This document shows, piece after piece, positions 38,555 to 47,950 of a stretch of DNA of 64,000 nucleotides; positions within the stretch are counted from its first letter, which is position 1; each line of letters opens with the position of its first letter. Source of the DNA: Desulfosudaceae bacterium (GTDB taxonomy: Bacteria > Desulfobacterota > Desulfobacteria > Desulfobacterales > Desulfosudaceae); NCBI GenBank assembly GCA_963674745.2, contig CAXXDV010000001.1, positions 2,016,001 through 2,080,000 of the forward strand, in the 5' to 3' direction. A program made the position numbers and the translations under genes. The notes beneath the pieces are model-generated. The model worked only from the letters and a program-made list of their open reading frames with translations. It did no database searches and was not told the origin of the DNA.

Positions 38555-39949
38555 TTAGTGGCTTGCCCGGTATTCTGCCAGCGACGCCTGAATGTCTTCG
38601 ATCAGCTCTTTCGGGAAGATCCTTCCGGCCAGTTTTTTCTGGACTTTTTTACTGGCTTCTTTGATGACTTTCATATCTTCGGCTGAGAATATTACGGGGG
38701 TCATCCCGCATTTTGATTCAAAGGCCTTGATACATTTGGCTTCATAACTTCTGACCTGCTGCCGCCATTCGGGCTCAAGAGAATTGAACAGGGAAACAAT
38801 AATCTCCTGAACATTGAAGGCAAAGTTATCGGACGCCCCTGTCTGGGCCTGGATTTTGTCTTTGGTCTGGGTGCTGACGACAATGGCCGCCGGGGAATAG
38901 AACAGCGGTGGTTTGATAATATAATTGACATATTGATAGGCCTGCATTCCCAAAAACCAGGCCGCCGGGCCGGTGGCGGTGTCGGCCAGTCCGGTACTGA
39001 GGGCGGAGATTGCCTCGGGTACGGCCACGGGAATGGCATTGATCTTCAGCTCATCAAATAAAGTGGTCTCTACCACGCCGAACCAGGTATACGGCTTCTG
39101 CTTTCTGAGGTCTGCCAGCCCGGTTACTTTGTATTTTGAAAAAAAGTAGAAAAACCCGGTGTCAATCAGGGCACCCAGGATGTACCCCTTTTTTTCAAAG
39201 CCTTCATCCAGCCGTTTCCTGAATTTTTTCAGAATATAGTCAACTTCGTCGTAATTGTCGAACAAAGCCGGCATCAAGAGCGCCGACGCATCCGGAGAAG
39301 CCGTCAAAACGCCTACAGCCGTACAACCGCAGCCGTCAAGCTGGCCGACATCCATTTTTCTCAATATGTCGGCATCTTCTCCCATGACACCGCCGCCGTA
39401 TATTTTTAATTTAACCTTACCGCCTGTCAGTCGATCAAGTTCTGGAATCGCTACGGTTTCCGGTATGAGCAACCAGGGTGTGCCCGGAGGCGCCAGGGTG
39501 CCGACTTTGATCAGGATGGGGTTGTCTTTTTCAACCGGTGATGACCCCACGCGCCACAAAATTTTCTTGAAATCCGGCCACTCCATGACCGGAGAAAAAA
39601 GCGCGTTGATACGTTCCGGCATTTCGTTCAGAAGATATCGGGACGTCTTATGCTGATCCATCAGGGAAAGCAGGGCCGCTTCGACCATGGATTCAAGCTT
39701 GCTTTTTTGTAATTCACCGGTGTTCAAAAGGGTTTTTAACGCCTGCTGCTGCCGTGCCGCTTCAGGTCCGTCATCCTGACCGGCCCACAAGACCGTCAGG
39801 TTGTCTTTGATAAGGCGCTGCGCTTTCTGGTCGGAAACGCTTGCCGCTGTAACGGTTAATGCCTGGCCCGTGATAAATGTTAAAAGAAGGATGAAAAGGA
39901 AGCCTTTTCGCAAGGGGGCTTTTTTGGCCGGAAAATCAAAAACAATCAT
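38555..39949 (-). CDS. TRAP/TPAT solute-binding protein (DctP family) with N-terminal extra domain, paralog 6
   Basis: Signal peptide; GTLAPPGTPW, YGGGVMGED, LDGCGC and ESKCG motifs. Confidence 0.88.
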   Translation of the reverse strand: MIVFDFPAKKAPLRKGFLFILLLTFITGQALTVTAASVSDQKAQRLIKDNLTVLWAGQDDGPEAARQQQALKTLLNTGELQKSKLESMVEAALLSLMDQHKTSRYLLNEMPERINALFSPVMEWPDFKKILWRVGSSPVEKDNPILIKVGTLAPPGTPWLLIPETVAIPELDRLTGGKVKLKIYGGGVMGEDADILRKMDVGQLDGCGCTAVGVLTASPDASALLMPALFDNYDEVDYILKKFRKRLDEGFEKKGYILGALIDTGFFYFFSKYKVTGLADLRKQKPYTWFGVVETTLFDELKINAIPVAVPEAISALSTGLADTATGPAAWFLGMQAYQYVNYIIKPPLFYSPAAIVVSTQTKDKIQAQTGASDNFAFNVQEIIVSLFNSLEPEWRQQVRSYEAKCIKAFESKCGMTPVIFSAEDMKVIKEASKKVQKKLAGRIFPKELIEDIQASLAEYRASH

Positions 39950-39975
39950 CGTTCACCTCGGTATTTATAGTGTTT

Positions 39976-41373
39976 TTATGGATTATGGGTTTTTCTGTAA
40001 TCTGTCAGCGTTTGTTGAATATCACCTATCAATTCTGCGCTGAAAACCTTTCCGGTCAGTTTCTGCTGAACGGCTCGTTCCGCTTTTTTGATAAGCGCCA
40101 TATCTTCGGATGAAAATGTCAATGCCTGCATACCGCATTTGGTTTCAAACGCCTTGAGGCTTTTTGCTTCGTAAAGGCGTATCTGTCGCTTCCACTCCGG
40201 TTCCAGGGTAATGAATTCCGAAACCAGCATTTCCTGGAAATTTTGCGCAAAGACGTCAGTGACACCCAGATGCTTCTGCAGCCGGTCTTTAATATCGGTG
40301 CTGGTAATAACGGCCGCGGGAGAATAGGAAAGGGGCGGTTTGAGATAAAATCCGACGTATTGATACGCCTGCATACCCAGCATCCAGGCCGCGGGGGACA
40401 ATGTCGCGTCGAATTTACCGGAACTGAGGGCGGATACGGTTTCAGGGGATTTCACATGGACGGCCTTGAGGCCCAGTTCGTCATAAAAGGTGGTTTCCAG
40501 AATGCCGAACCAGGTCTGAATTTTCTGGTTTTTAAGCCCCTCCAGGCCGGACACATAATTTTTTAAAAAAACATTGAAAAAGCCGGTGTCAATCAGGGCG
40601 GCCAGAAGGTATCCTCTTTTTTCAAACGCCTCGTCCAGCCGTTTTCTGAATTTTTCACAGATGAAATCCACTTCTTCATAATTGTTGAACAGGCCGGGCA
40701 GTAACAGTACCGAGGCTTCGGGACAGGCCCCCAGGACACCCAGTGCGGTACAGCCGCAACCGTCCAGTTGACCGGTTTTCATTTTTTCCAGGACATCGGG
40801 ATCTTCTCCCATAACACCGCTGCCGTATATCTGGATCAGGATTTTTTTTCCGCTTAATGCTTCAATATCGGCAATAACCGTATCTTCCGGAAGGTTCAGC
40901 CATGGCGTGCCGGGCGGGGCCAAAGTGCCGACCTTTATTTTAAACGGATTATCTGGGTCGGCTGCCGATGACAATTCCTTCCAGATGATGCCGCGCATTT
41001 CTTTCCAGTTCAGGTGGGGTGAAAAGAGCGTGTTAAACTGTTCCGGCAGGGCTTTTAACGTATATCGTGACGTTTTATGACGATTCAGAATGGAAAGAAT
41101 CGTTGCTTCCATCATGCTTTCAAGCTCTGCTTTCTTGATTGCCCCGGATGACAGCATGCTTTTTAATGCTTTTTGCCGTGATATCAATTCCGGGCCGAAT
41201 GACCGTCCGGTCCATAAGTCTTCCAGGCTGTCACGCAGAATGTTTTGAAATTTCTGTTTGGCGATGTCCGTCGCCATAGCGGTGCGCGCCTGGCAGAAAA
41301 TCACCATTATCAGCACAAAGCACAGGATGGCCGGTGATCTTTTCATTTTCGTTCGACAATTAAAAACGGTCAT
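39976..41373 (-). CDS. TRAP/TPAT solute-binding protein, paralog 5
   Basis: Same motif set as its neighbours; probable start MTVFN. Confidence 0.88.
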   Translation of the reverse strand: MTVFNCRTKMKRSPAILCFVLIMVIFCQARTAMATDIAKQKFQNILRDSLEDLWTGRSFGPELISRQKALKSMLSSGAIKKAELESMMEATILSILNRHKTSRYTLKALPEQFNTLFSPHLNWKEMRGIIWKELSSAADPDNPFKIKVGTLAPPGTPWLNLPEDTVIADIEALSGKKILIQIYGSGVMGEDPDVLEKMKTGQLDGCGCTALGVLGACPEASVLLLPGLFNNYEEVDFICEKFRKRLDEAFEKRGYLLAALIDTGFFNVFLKNYVSGLEGLKNQKIQTWFGILETTFYDELGLKAVHVKSPETVSALSSGKFDATLSPAAWMLGMQAYQYVGFYLKPPLSYSPAAVITSTDIKDRLQKHLGVTDVFAQNFQEMLVSEFITLEPEWKRQIRLYEAKSLKAFETKCGMQALTFSSEDMALIKKAERAVQQKLTGKVFSAELIGDIQQTLTDYRKTHNP

Positions 41374-41593
41374 AAGGCTTTCTCCGGTTATATAAGGCCT
41401 CAATCCAACACAGTCTTTATAAAATCAATTATAGTAAAAAAGCTGTAAGTCAAAATGTCAAGAGACATTCGGATTGATGCCTTTCCGAATACCTGCCGGT
41501 GCTTTTGACATGTCAACGAGAAGGTACTGAAAGAATATCGTATCGGGCCGATTCATTTATTTGAAAGGCCCGGGCGGCCGGAATCAGTTCCGG

Positions 41594-42985
41594 CTATTGT
41601 CCGGCTCTGAATTCGGCCAGTGCGTTCTGAATATCATCGAGCAGGTCTTTGGGGAAAATTCTATCAGCCAGCTTCTGCTGCACGGCTTGACTTGCTTTTT
41701 TTACGGCCTGCTGGTCCGCTATCGCAAAAGTGATGCTTTTCATGCCGCATTTGGTCTCAAAGGCCTTGAAGCTTCGTTGCTCGAACACCCTGATCTGCCG
41801 TTTCCATTCAGGTTCAACCGCATTCCATTCAGACGACAGGACTTCTATCATGTTCCGTGCAAATACGGCTGATATGCCGGTCTGCTGCTGAATTCGTTCA
41901 AAGGTTTGGGTACTGACAATAACAACGGCGGGTGAATAAACCAGTGGTTGATCAAGATAAAAAAATGTGTATTGATAGGCCTGCATACCCAGCATCCAGG
42001 CCGCCGGCGCCACATTGACATCGGCCTGCCCGGTATTGAGTGCCGCGATGATCTCGGGAACACCCAGCGGTATGGGCGCAATCCCCAGTTCTTCAAGCAG
42101 CGTCTTTTCTATGATGCCGAACCAGGTGATAATGTTCTGGGCTCTTAACGCGGCCAGATCAGTGGGCTTATTTCTTGAAAACAGGTAAAAAAATCCGGTA
42201 TCAATGACCGCCCACAGGACATAACCCTGTTTTTCAAAGCCTTCATCAAATCGTTTTCTGAATTTTTCTAAAATATAATCCACTTCATCATAGTTTTTGA
42301 ACAAGCCGGGCAGCAGCATCACAGAAGCTTCAGGGCAGGCCTCCAGCACACCCAGGGCGGTGCAGCCGCAGCATTCAAGCCGGCCGTTGTCCATTTTTTT
42401 CAGGATGTCGGTGTCTTCACCCATGACGCCGCCGCCGTATATTTTGATCGAAATCTTGCCATCACTCAGCCGTTCTATTTCAGGAATGGCAATGTTTTCA
42501 GGTACGCTCAGCCATGGCGTGCCGGGCGGGGCCAGTGTACCGACCTTGATCCGGACAGGCGTATCTTTGTTAATCGGTGCGGTCAGTATCCGCCACATGA
42601 TCTCTCTGGCCGTGTTCCAGTTCATATGGGGTGCGAACAGCGCCTCGAAACGGTCAGGCAGGTCTTTTAAAACATAACGGGATGTCTCCTGGCGTTTCAT
42701 TATGGTCCCGAATGCTTTTGCCGTCATATTTTCAAGCTCGCCCCCGGTCACGTCGCCGTTTGTCAACATGCGTTTTAAGGTCTGTTGCCGCTGTTTTAAT
42801 TCCGGGCTGAATTCCCGGCCGGCCCACATGGCTTCCAGGCTGTCGGTCAATATGTTCTGAAACGCATCCCGGGTGGCTTCAGCTGCCATGGCGGGGCTTG
42901 ATGGCAGGAGCAGTATCACCAGGATGGCAAGACAGGCCGGTATCCATCCCCTGGTTTTGAAAAAGCAGTCATTCTTCAGAGCCAT
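41594..42985 (-). CDS. TRAP/TPAT solute-binding protein, paralog 4
   Basis: Same motif set, with LECCGC variant. Confidence 0.88.
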   Translation of the reverse strand: MALKNDCFFKTRGWIPACLAILVILLLPSSPAMAAEATRDAFQNILTDSLEAMWAGREFSPELKQRQQTLKRMLTNGDVTGGELENMTAKAFGTIMKRQETSRYVLKDLPDRFEALFAPHMNWNTAREIMWRILTAPINKDTPVRIKVGTLAPPGTPWLSVPENIAIPEIERLSDGKISIKIYGGGVMGEDTDILKKMDNGRLECCGCTALGVLEACPEASVMLLPGLFKNYDEVDYILEKFRKRFDEGFEKQGYVLWAVIDTGFFYLFSRNKPTDLAALRAQNIITWFGIIEKTLLEELGIAPIPLGVPEIIAALNTGQADVNVAPAAWMLGMQAYQYTFFYLDQPLVYSPAVVIVSTQTFERIQQQTGISAVFARNMIEVLSSEWNAVEPEWKRQIRVFEQRSFKAFETKCGMKSITFAIADQQAVKKASQAVQQKLADRIFPKDLLDDIQNALAEFRAGQ

Positions 42986-43011
42986 GATGTCATTCCCTTT
43001 TCTTTCGAAAT

Positions 43012-44403
43012 CTAATGTGTCGCCCTGTATTGGGCCAGTGCCCGCTGCATGTCATCAATAAGGTCACGCGGGAATATTTTGCCTGCCAGTTTCTGCTGGA
43101 CGGCCTTACTCGCTTTTGCAAGAACCTGTTGGTCCTGGGGTGAAAATGTCATGGCGATCATGCCGCATTTTGTTTCAAACGCTTTTAAGCTTTTTTCTTC
43201 GTAGAGCCTGATCTGGCGTTTCCATTCGGGCTCAATTATGCCCCACTCATACGTCATTATTTCCAGGATATTATGGGCGAAGGTGGCTGATTTCCCCGTC
43301 GTTTTCTGAATTTTTTCTATTATGTGACCGCTGACAATAACGGCTGCCGGTGAGTAAACCAGCGGCGGCTTAAGATAGTAGTTCGAATACTGGTAAGCCT
43401 GCATGCCCAGCATCCAGGCGGCAGGAGCGACGTTGATCTCGGCCTGGCCGGTTGTAAGGGCGGATACTGTATCCGGTACGGCCACGGGGATGGGGTTGAT
43501 CCCCAGTTCACCATAAAACGTTTTTTCTATGGTGCCGAACCAGGTAATGACTTTCTGTTTTCTGATATCTTCAAGACCGGCTGTTTTGTTTTTTGAAAAC
43601 ATGTAAAAAAACCCGGTGTCAATCAGCGCCAGCAGAATGTCTCCCTGATCTTCAAAACCCTTGTCCAGCCGTTTTCTGAATTTTTCAAAAATATAATCCA
43701 CCTCGTCATAATTTTTAAACAGACCCGGAAGCAGCAAAGCCGAAGCCTCGGGACAGGCCTCCAGCACGCCCAGGGCGGTGCAGCCGCAACACTCAAGCTG
43801 CCCTTCGTCCATTTTTTTCAGGACATCGGTGTCTTCTCCCATGACGCCGCCGCCGTAAATTTTGGTCAGAATCCTGCTGCTGCTCAATCGTTCTATTTCG
43901 GGGAACGCAATGTTTTCCGGTACACTCAACCAGGGGGTGCCCGGCGGGGCCATGGTGCCGACCCGGATTAATATGGGATTGTTTTGATCTATTGTGCTTA
44001 CCATCGCCCCCCACATGATTTCTTTGGCCGTTTTCCAGTTCATTACGGGCGAAAGAAGGGCGTCAAAACGGTCAGGGAATGTTTTAGCAGTATATCGGGA
44101 GGTCTTCTGACGATCCATGATGGCAGGAAACACCTTTTTCATCATGTTTTCAAGATCGGCCTTGCTCACCTGGCCGCTTGTCATCATGCCTGTCAGGGCC
44201 TTCTGCCGCTGCTTGAGCGCCGGGGTGAAATCACGGCCTGCCCATATGGCCTCCAGGCTGTCCTGCAATATGCTTTCAAATTCAGCCCGGGTGGCTGCCG
44301 ATACCGGGGCGACTAGCGCCTGCCCGGCGACAATAACCAACAGGATAACGAATATCCGCACCAGAGGCCTGACTGCTTCGCCATACATTTTTGTTATCGC
44401 CAT
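43012..44403 (-). CDS. TRAP/TPAT solute-binding protein, paralog 3
   Basis: Same motif set, with LECCGC variant; GGAGG RBS before MAITK. Confidence 0.88.
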   Translation of the reverse strand: MAITKMYGEAVRPLVRIFVILLVIVAGQALVAPVSAATRAEFESILQDSLEAIWAGRDFTPALKQRQKALTGMMTSGQVSKADLENMMKKVFPAIMDRQKTSRYTAKTFPDRFDALLSPVMNWKTAKEIMWGAMVSTIDQNNPILIRVGTMAPPGTPWLSVPENIAFPEIERLSSSRILTKIYGGGVMGEDTDVLKKMDEGQLECCGCTALGVLEACPEASALLLPGLFKNYDEVDYIFEKFRKRLDKGFEDQGDILLALIDTGFFYMFSKNKTAGLEDIRKQKVITWFGTIEKTFYGELGINPIPVAVPDTVSALTTGQAEINVAPAAWMLGMQAYQYSNYYLKPPLVYSPAAVIVSGHIIEKIQKTTGKSATFAHNILEIMTYEWGIIEPEWKRQIRLYEEKSLKAFETKCGMIAMTFSPQDQQVLAKASKAVQQKLAGKIFPRDLIDDMQRALAQYRATH

Positions 44404-44508
44404 TGTCACGCCTCCTTGTATATTGGTGTGGTCCGTTATGATAAGCATATGAAATAAAACAAATACTTTTTTAGTATCAGGCAAATCCTCAAAATATTCA
44501 AGCCAATA

Positions 44509-45903
44509 TTAATTTTGCGCCCGAAAGGCTTCAAGGGCTTTTTGTATATCTTCCAGTAGGTCTGCCGGAAACGCCTGGCCGGCCATTTTTTTTTGCACGG
44601 CCTTGCTTGCCAGCTCAATTCGTTTTTGATCTTCCGGTGATAATGTTATGACCTTCATACCGCACTTGGTCTCAAAGGCCTGGAGGCTTTTTTGTTCGTA
44701 ATCTCGTATCAGGCTGTTCCACTTTGGTTCAAATGCGTTGAATTCAGAAACGATTATTTCTTGAATATTGTGAGTAAACGTCGAGGAAATCCCCAGTTGT
44801 TTTTGAAGCCTTTCGATCATGCCGGTGCTGACAAAAACAGCTGAAGGCGAGTAAAGCAGCGGCGGTTTGATATAATAGTTAACATATTGATAAGCCTGCA
44901 TGCCCAGCACCCACCCCGCCGGCGCCAGGGAAGCATCTGCCACGCCCAGGCTGAGTGACGAAACGATGTCGGGTACTGACACCGGCATGCCACGAATACC
45001 TATTTCCTGGTAGAGCGTTGTCTGAATGACACCAAACCAGGAAAGCATTCTCTGCTTCTTTAAATCTTCCAAATCGTTGATTTTGTTTTTTGAAAAAAAA
45101 TAAAAAAAGCCGGTGTCGACAAAGGCCCCCACAATGTATCCGCGTTCTTCAAACGCTTTTTCCAGGCGGTTTCTGAATGTTGAGATGATGTAATCGATTT
45201 CCCCATAGTTACGGAAAAGACCGGGCATCAACAGCGCCGATGTATCCGGTGCTGCGGCCAGAACACCCAGCGCGCTGCAGCCGCAGCCGTCAAGCCGGTC
45301 ATCTTCCATTTTCTGCATGACATCGGTATCGCTGCCCATAACCCCGCCGCCGTAAATTTTTACCCGGATTTTGCCCTGGCTCAATTTTTCTATTTCCGGC
45401 AGCAGTATCGTCTCGGGCGCGTTTAACCAGGGGGTCCCCGGAGGCGCCAGGGTACCGATTCTGACCAGTACGGGGTCATCTTCTTTGGCCACGGATGATA
45501 TCGCTCTCCACATGATTTTCCGGAAACCGTCCCAGTCCATATAAGGCGAGAAAAGCGTATTAATGTGTTCGGGAAGAGTTTTTAAAACATATCGCGTTGT
45601 TTTATGGGTGTTCATTATGGTGAGAAGGCTCTGCTCTGTCATGATCTCAAGCTCGTCTTTGCTTACACCACCTGTGGCCAGCATCTGTTTAAGTGTATCT
45701 TGCCGCCGCAACAATTCCGGGCTGGATGTCTGACCGGTCCATAAGACGGTCAGGCTGTCCTGCAATATGTTTTTAAATTCTGCCAGGGAATTGTCTGCTG
45801 CGCTTGTCAATGTCGGTTGCCCTGCCGCGAAAATCAGCATCAGGGCCAAAAAGCACACGGCCGACACCCGGTTCCGCCCGGTACGAATGTTGGAAATGGC
45901 CAT
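44509..45903 (-). CDS. TRAP/TPAT solute-binding protein, paralog 2
   Basis: Same motif set; GGAGG RBS. Confidence 0.88.
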   Translation of the reverse strand: MAISNIRTGRNRVSAVCFLALMLIFAAGQPTLTSAADNSLAEFKNILQDSLTVLWTGQTSSPELLRRQDTLKQMLATGGVSKDELEIMTEQSLLTIMNTHKTTRYVLKTLPEHINTLFSPYMDWDGFRKIMWRAISSVAKEDDPVLVRIGTLAPPGTPWLNAPETILLPEIEKLSQGKIRVKIYGGGVMGSDTDVMQKMEDDRLDGCGCSALGVLAAAPDTSALLMPGLFRNYGEIDYIISTFRNRLEKAFEERGYIVGAFVDTGFFYFFSKNKINDLEDLKKQRMLSWFGVIQTTLYQEIGIRGMPVSVPDIVSSLSLGVADASLAPAGWVLGMQAYQYVNYYIKPPLLYSPSAVFVSTGMIERLQKQLGISSTFTHNIQEIIVSEFNAFEPKWNSLIRDYEQKSLQAFETKCGMKVITLSPEDQKRIELASKAVQKKMAGQAFPADLLEDIQKALEAFRAQN

Positions 45904-45951
45904 GGTCAAGCCTCCTTATGTTGATGTATGATAAAGGAATATATAATCGGT

Positions 45952-47343
45952 TTAATGCTGAGCCCTGTAGTTTTCGAGCGCCTTGTTTATTTTTTCGATA
46001 AAATCCTTTGAAAAAGCCTTGCCGGCCAGATTCAGCTGAATGGCCTTACCGGCTTTCTCGATTCGCTGCTGGTCTTCAGGGCTAAGCGTAAACGCGCATA
46101 TGCCGCATTTGGTTTCAAAGGCTTTCAGGCTTTTTTCTTCATAGGCTCTGATCTGACGGTTCCATTCCGGTTCAATCGCCATAATTTCAGCAATGATTAA
46201 TTCTTGAATGTTTGATGCCAGGGTATTGGATATCCCCACCTGTTTTTCTATTCTTTTTACGGTTTGCCGGGTGACAAAAATAGCCGTAGGTGAATAGAGC
46301 AACGGCGGCTTGCAGTAAAAGTTCGCGTATTGATAAGCCTGCATGCCCAGCATCCAGGCAGCGGGGGACAGGACGGTATCTCCGGCATCGGTGCCGAACG
46401 CCGAAACAACGTCAGGTACTGCAACGGGTATAGAATTGATTCCAAGTTCTTGAAACAGGGCCGCCTCAATCGCCCCGAACCATGTCAGTACCTTCTGCTT
46501 TTTTAAAGCCGGCAGCCCGCTTATTTTATTTTTTGAAAACAGATAAAAATATCCGGTATCAATCAGTCCGGCAAGTACGTATCCCCTTGCCTCAAAGGCT
46601 TTATCAAGGTCTTTTCTGAATGTTTTGCAGATGTAATCAATTTCGTCATAATTCTTGAATAAACCGGGCAGCAGCATTGCAGATGCTTCCGGAGAGGCTT
46701 CCAGAACACCCAGCGCAGTGCAACCGCATCCGTCAAGCCGGCCGGCGGTCATTTTTTTCAGGATTTCCGTGTCCTCGCCCATGACACCGCCGCCGTAAAT
46801 TTTTAAGCGGACTTTTCCCTGGCTTATTTTGGAAATTTTAGGGAAGAGCATCGTTTCAGGCACTTCAATCCAGGGGGTCCCCGGTGGGCCAAGGGTGCCG
46901 ATGGTGATCCGGACAGGGTCGGCTGCATCAACCGATGACACCAGTGCCCACCACATTATTTTTTCAAACTCCTGCCAGTTCATGACAGGTGAAAACAGTG
47001 TGTTGATCTGTTCAGGGAGCGCAGCCAAGATATATCGTGACGTTTTATACTTATCTACTATGGGAACAAGGGAAGATTTCACCATATTTGAAAGATCGGC
47101 CTTTCCCATAGGGTTTGATTTCAGCAGGGTTTTAAAGGCGTTTTGCTGTTGTTTAAACGCCGGCGTGTGTGATTTTCCGGTCCATAGCGCAACCAGGCAG
47201 TCATTTATGACGGCCTGAATGACCTTCGGAGTTGAATTTTCCGCCTTCGCAGCCGGCGAACCGGCGGCGACAATCATCATAATAATAAGACAGGACAGCG
47301 TCGGCAGTCGTTGAATTTGCAGATGAACTTTAGAAATGCTCAT
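45952..47343 (-). CDS. TRAP/TPAT solute-binding protein, paralog 1
   Basis: Same motif set; ATG preceded by a G10 run. Confidence 0.88.
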   Translation of the reverse strand: MSISKVHLQIQRLPTLSCLIIMMIVAAGSPAAKAENSTPKVIQAVINDCLVALWTGKSHTPAFKQQQNAFKTLLKSNPMGKADLSNMVKSSLVPIVDKYKTSRYILAALPEQINTLFSPVMNWQEFEKIMWWALVSSVDAADPVRITIGTLGPPGTPWIEVPETMLFPKISKISQGKVRLKIYGGGVMGEDTEILKKMTAGRLDGCGCTALGVLEASPEASAMLLPGLFKNYDEIDYICKTFRKDLDKAFEARGYVLAGLIDTGYFYLFSKNKISGLPALKKQKVLTWFGAIEAALFQELGINSIPVAVPDVVSAFGTDAGDTVLSPAAWMLGMQAYQYANFYCKPPLLYSPTAIFVTRQTVKRIEKQVGISNTLASNIQELIIAEIMAIEPEWNRQIRAYEEKSLKAFETKCGICAFTLSPEDQQRIEKAGKAIQLNLAGKAFSKDFIEKINKALENYRAQH

Positions 47344-47592
47344 GAAGCCCCCCCCCCTTGAGTTCAAATGGCTGACAAACGTTTTTGTCTAATTGTTTTT
47401 TCCGCGTTTTTCTTAACAGCTTCCATATATTCGTTAAGGCGGGTTTTTGAAAGCCGCCGTTCTACCCGGGTTGGAATCGGCATGGACGCCTCGATGATCG
47501 GCGCATAAAATAATCAGTAAAAGCAAAAACGGCCTGCGTCAGCATGACGCAGGCCGAAATGATCACGATCACCCACTGTTTTTTCATGTTTC

Positions 47593-47885
47593 TTAATGGG
47601 ATGCTCTGTATTCCGCCAGCGCCTTTTGAATCTGGTCGATCAGGTCTTTGAAAAAAGCCTTGCCGGCCAGTTTCTGCAAAACGGCTGCACTGGCCTTCTT
47701 GATGCGATCCTGGTCTGCGGGCGGAAGATTCATGGGTGTTTGGATGCCACATTTGTTTTCAAAGGCCCGCAGCGTTTTTTCTCATCGCTTCTGATCTGTT
47801 GTTTCCATGTAACCATCAGTTCCATAATGAAGCAGGAAAGCATCGACGATTTTTCAGTACCAGAACACAAATCAGGAAAGGCCAT
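47593..47885 (-). pseudogene. internally deleted seventh solute-binding protein paralog
   Basis: MAFPDLCSGTEKSSMLSCFIMELMVT runs directly into WKQQIRSDEKK, then after a frameshift TLRAFENKCG...LQKLAGKAFFKDLIDQIQKALAEYRASH*, matching the paralog C-termini. Confidence 0.85.
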
Positions 47886-47950
47886 TATCACCTTATCCTT
47901 TTTGTGTTTTTTCAGAGCCTATGTCTGTATCTTCATTCTTTTCCAGAACC

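Noticed and set aside
38555..47343. P array as an assembly duplication or a DGR/shufflon target
   Set aside because: Copies differ throughout at both DNA and protein level; no reverse transcriptase or recombinase is in the window.
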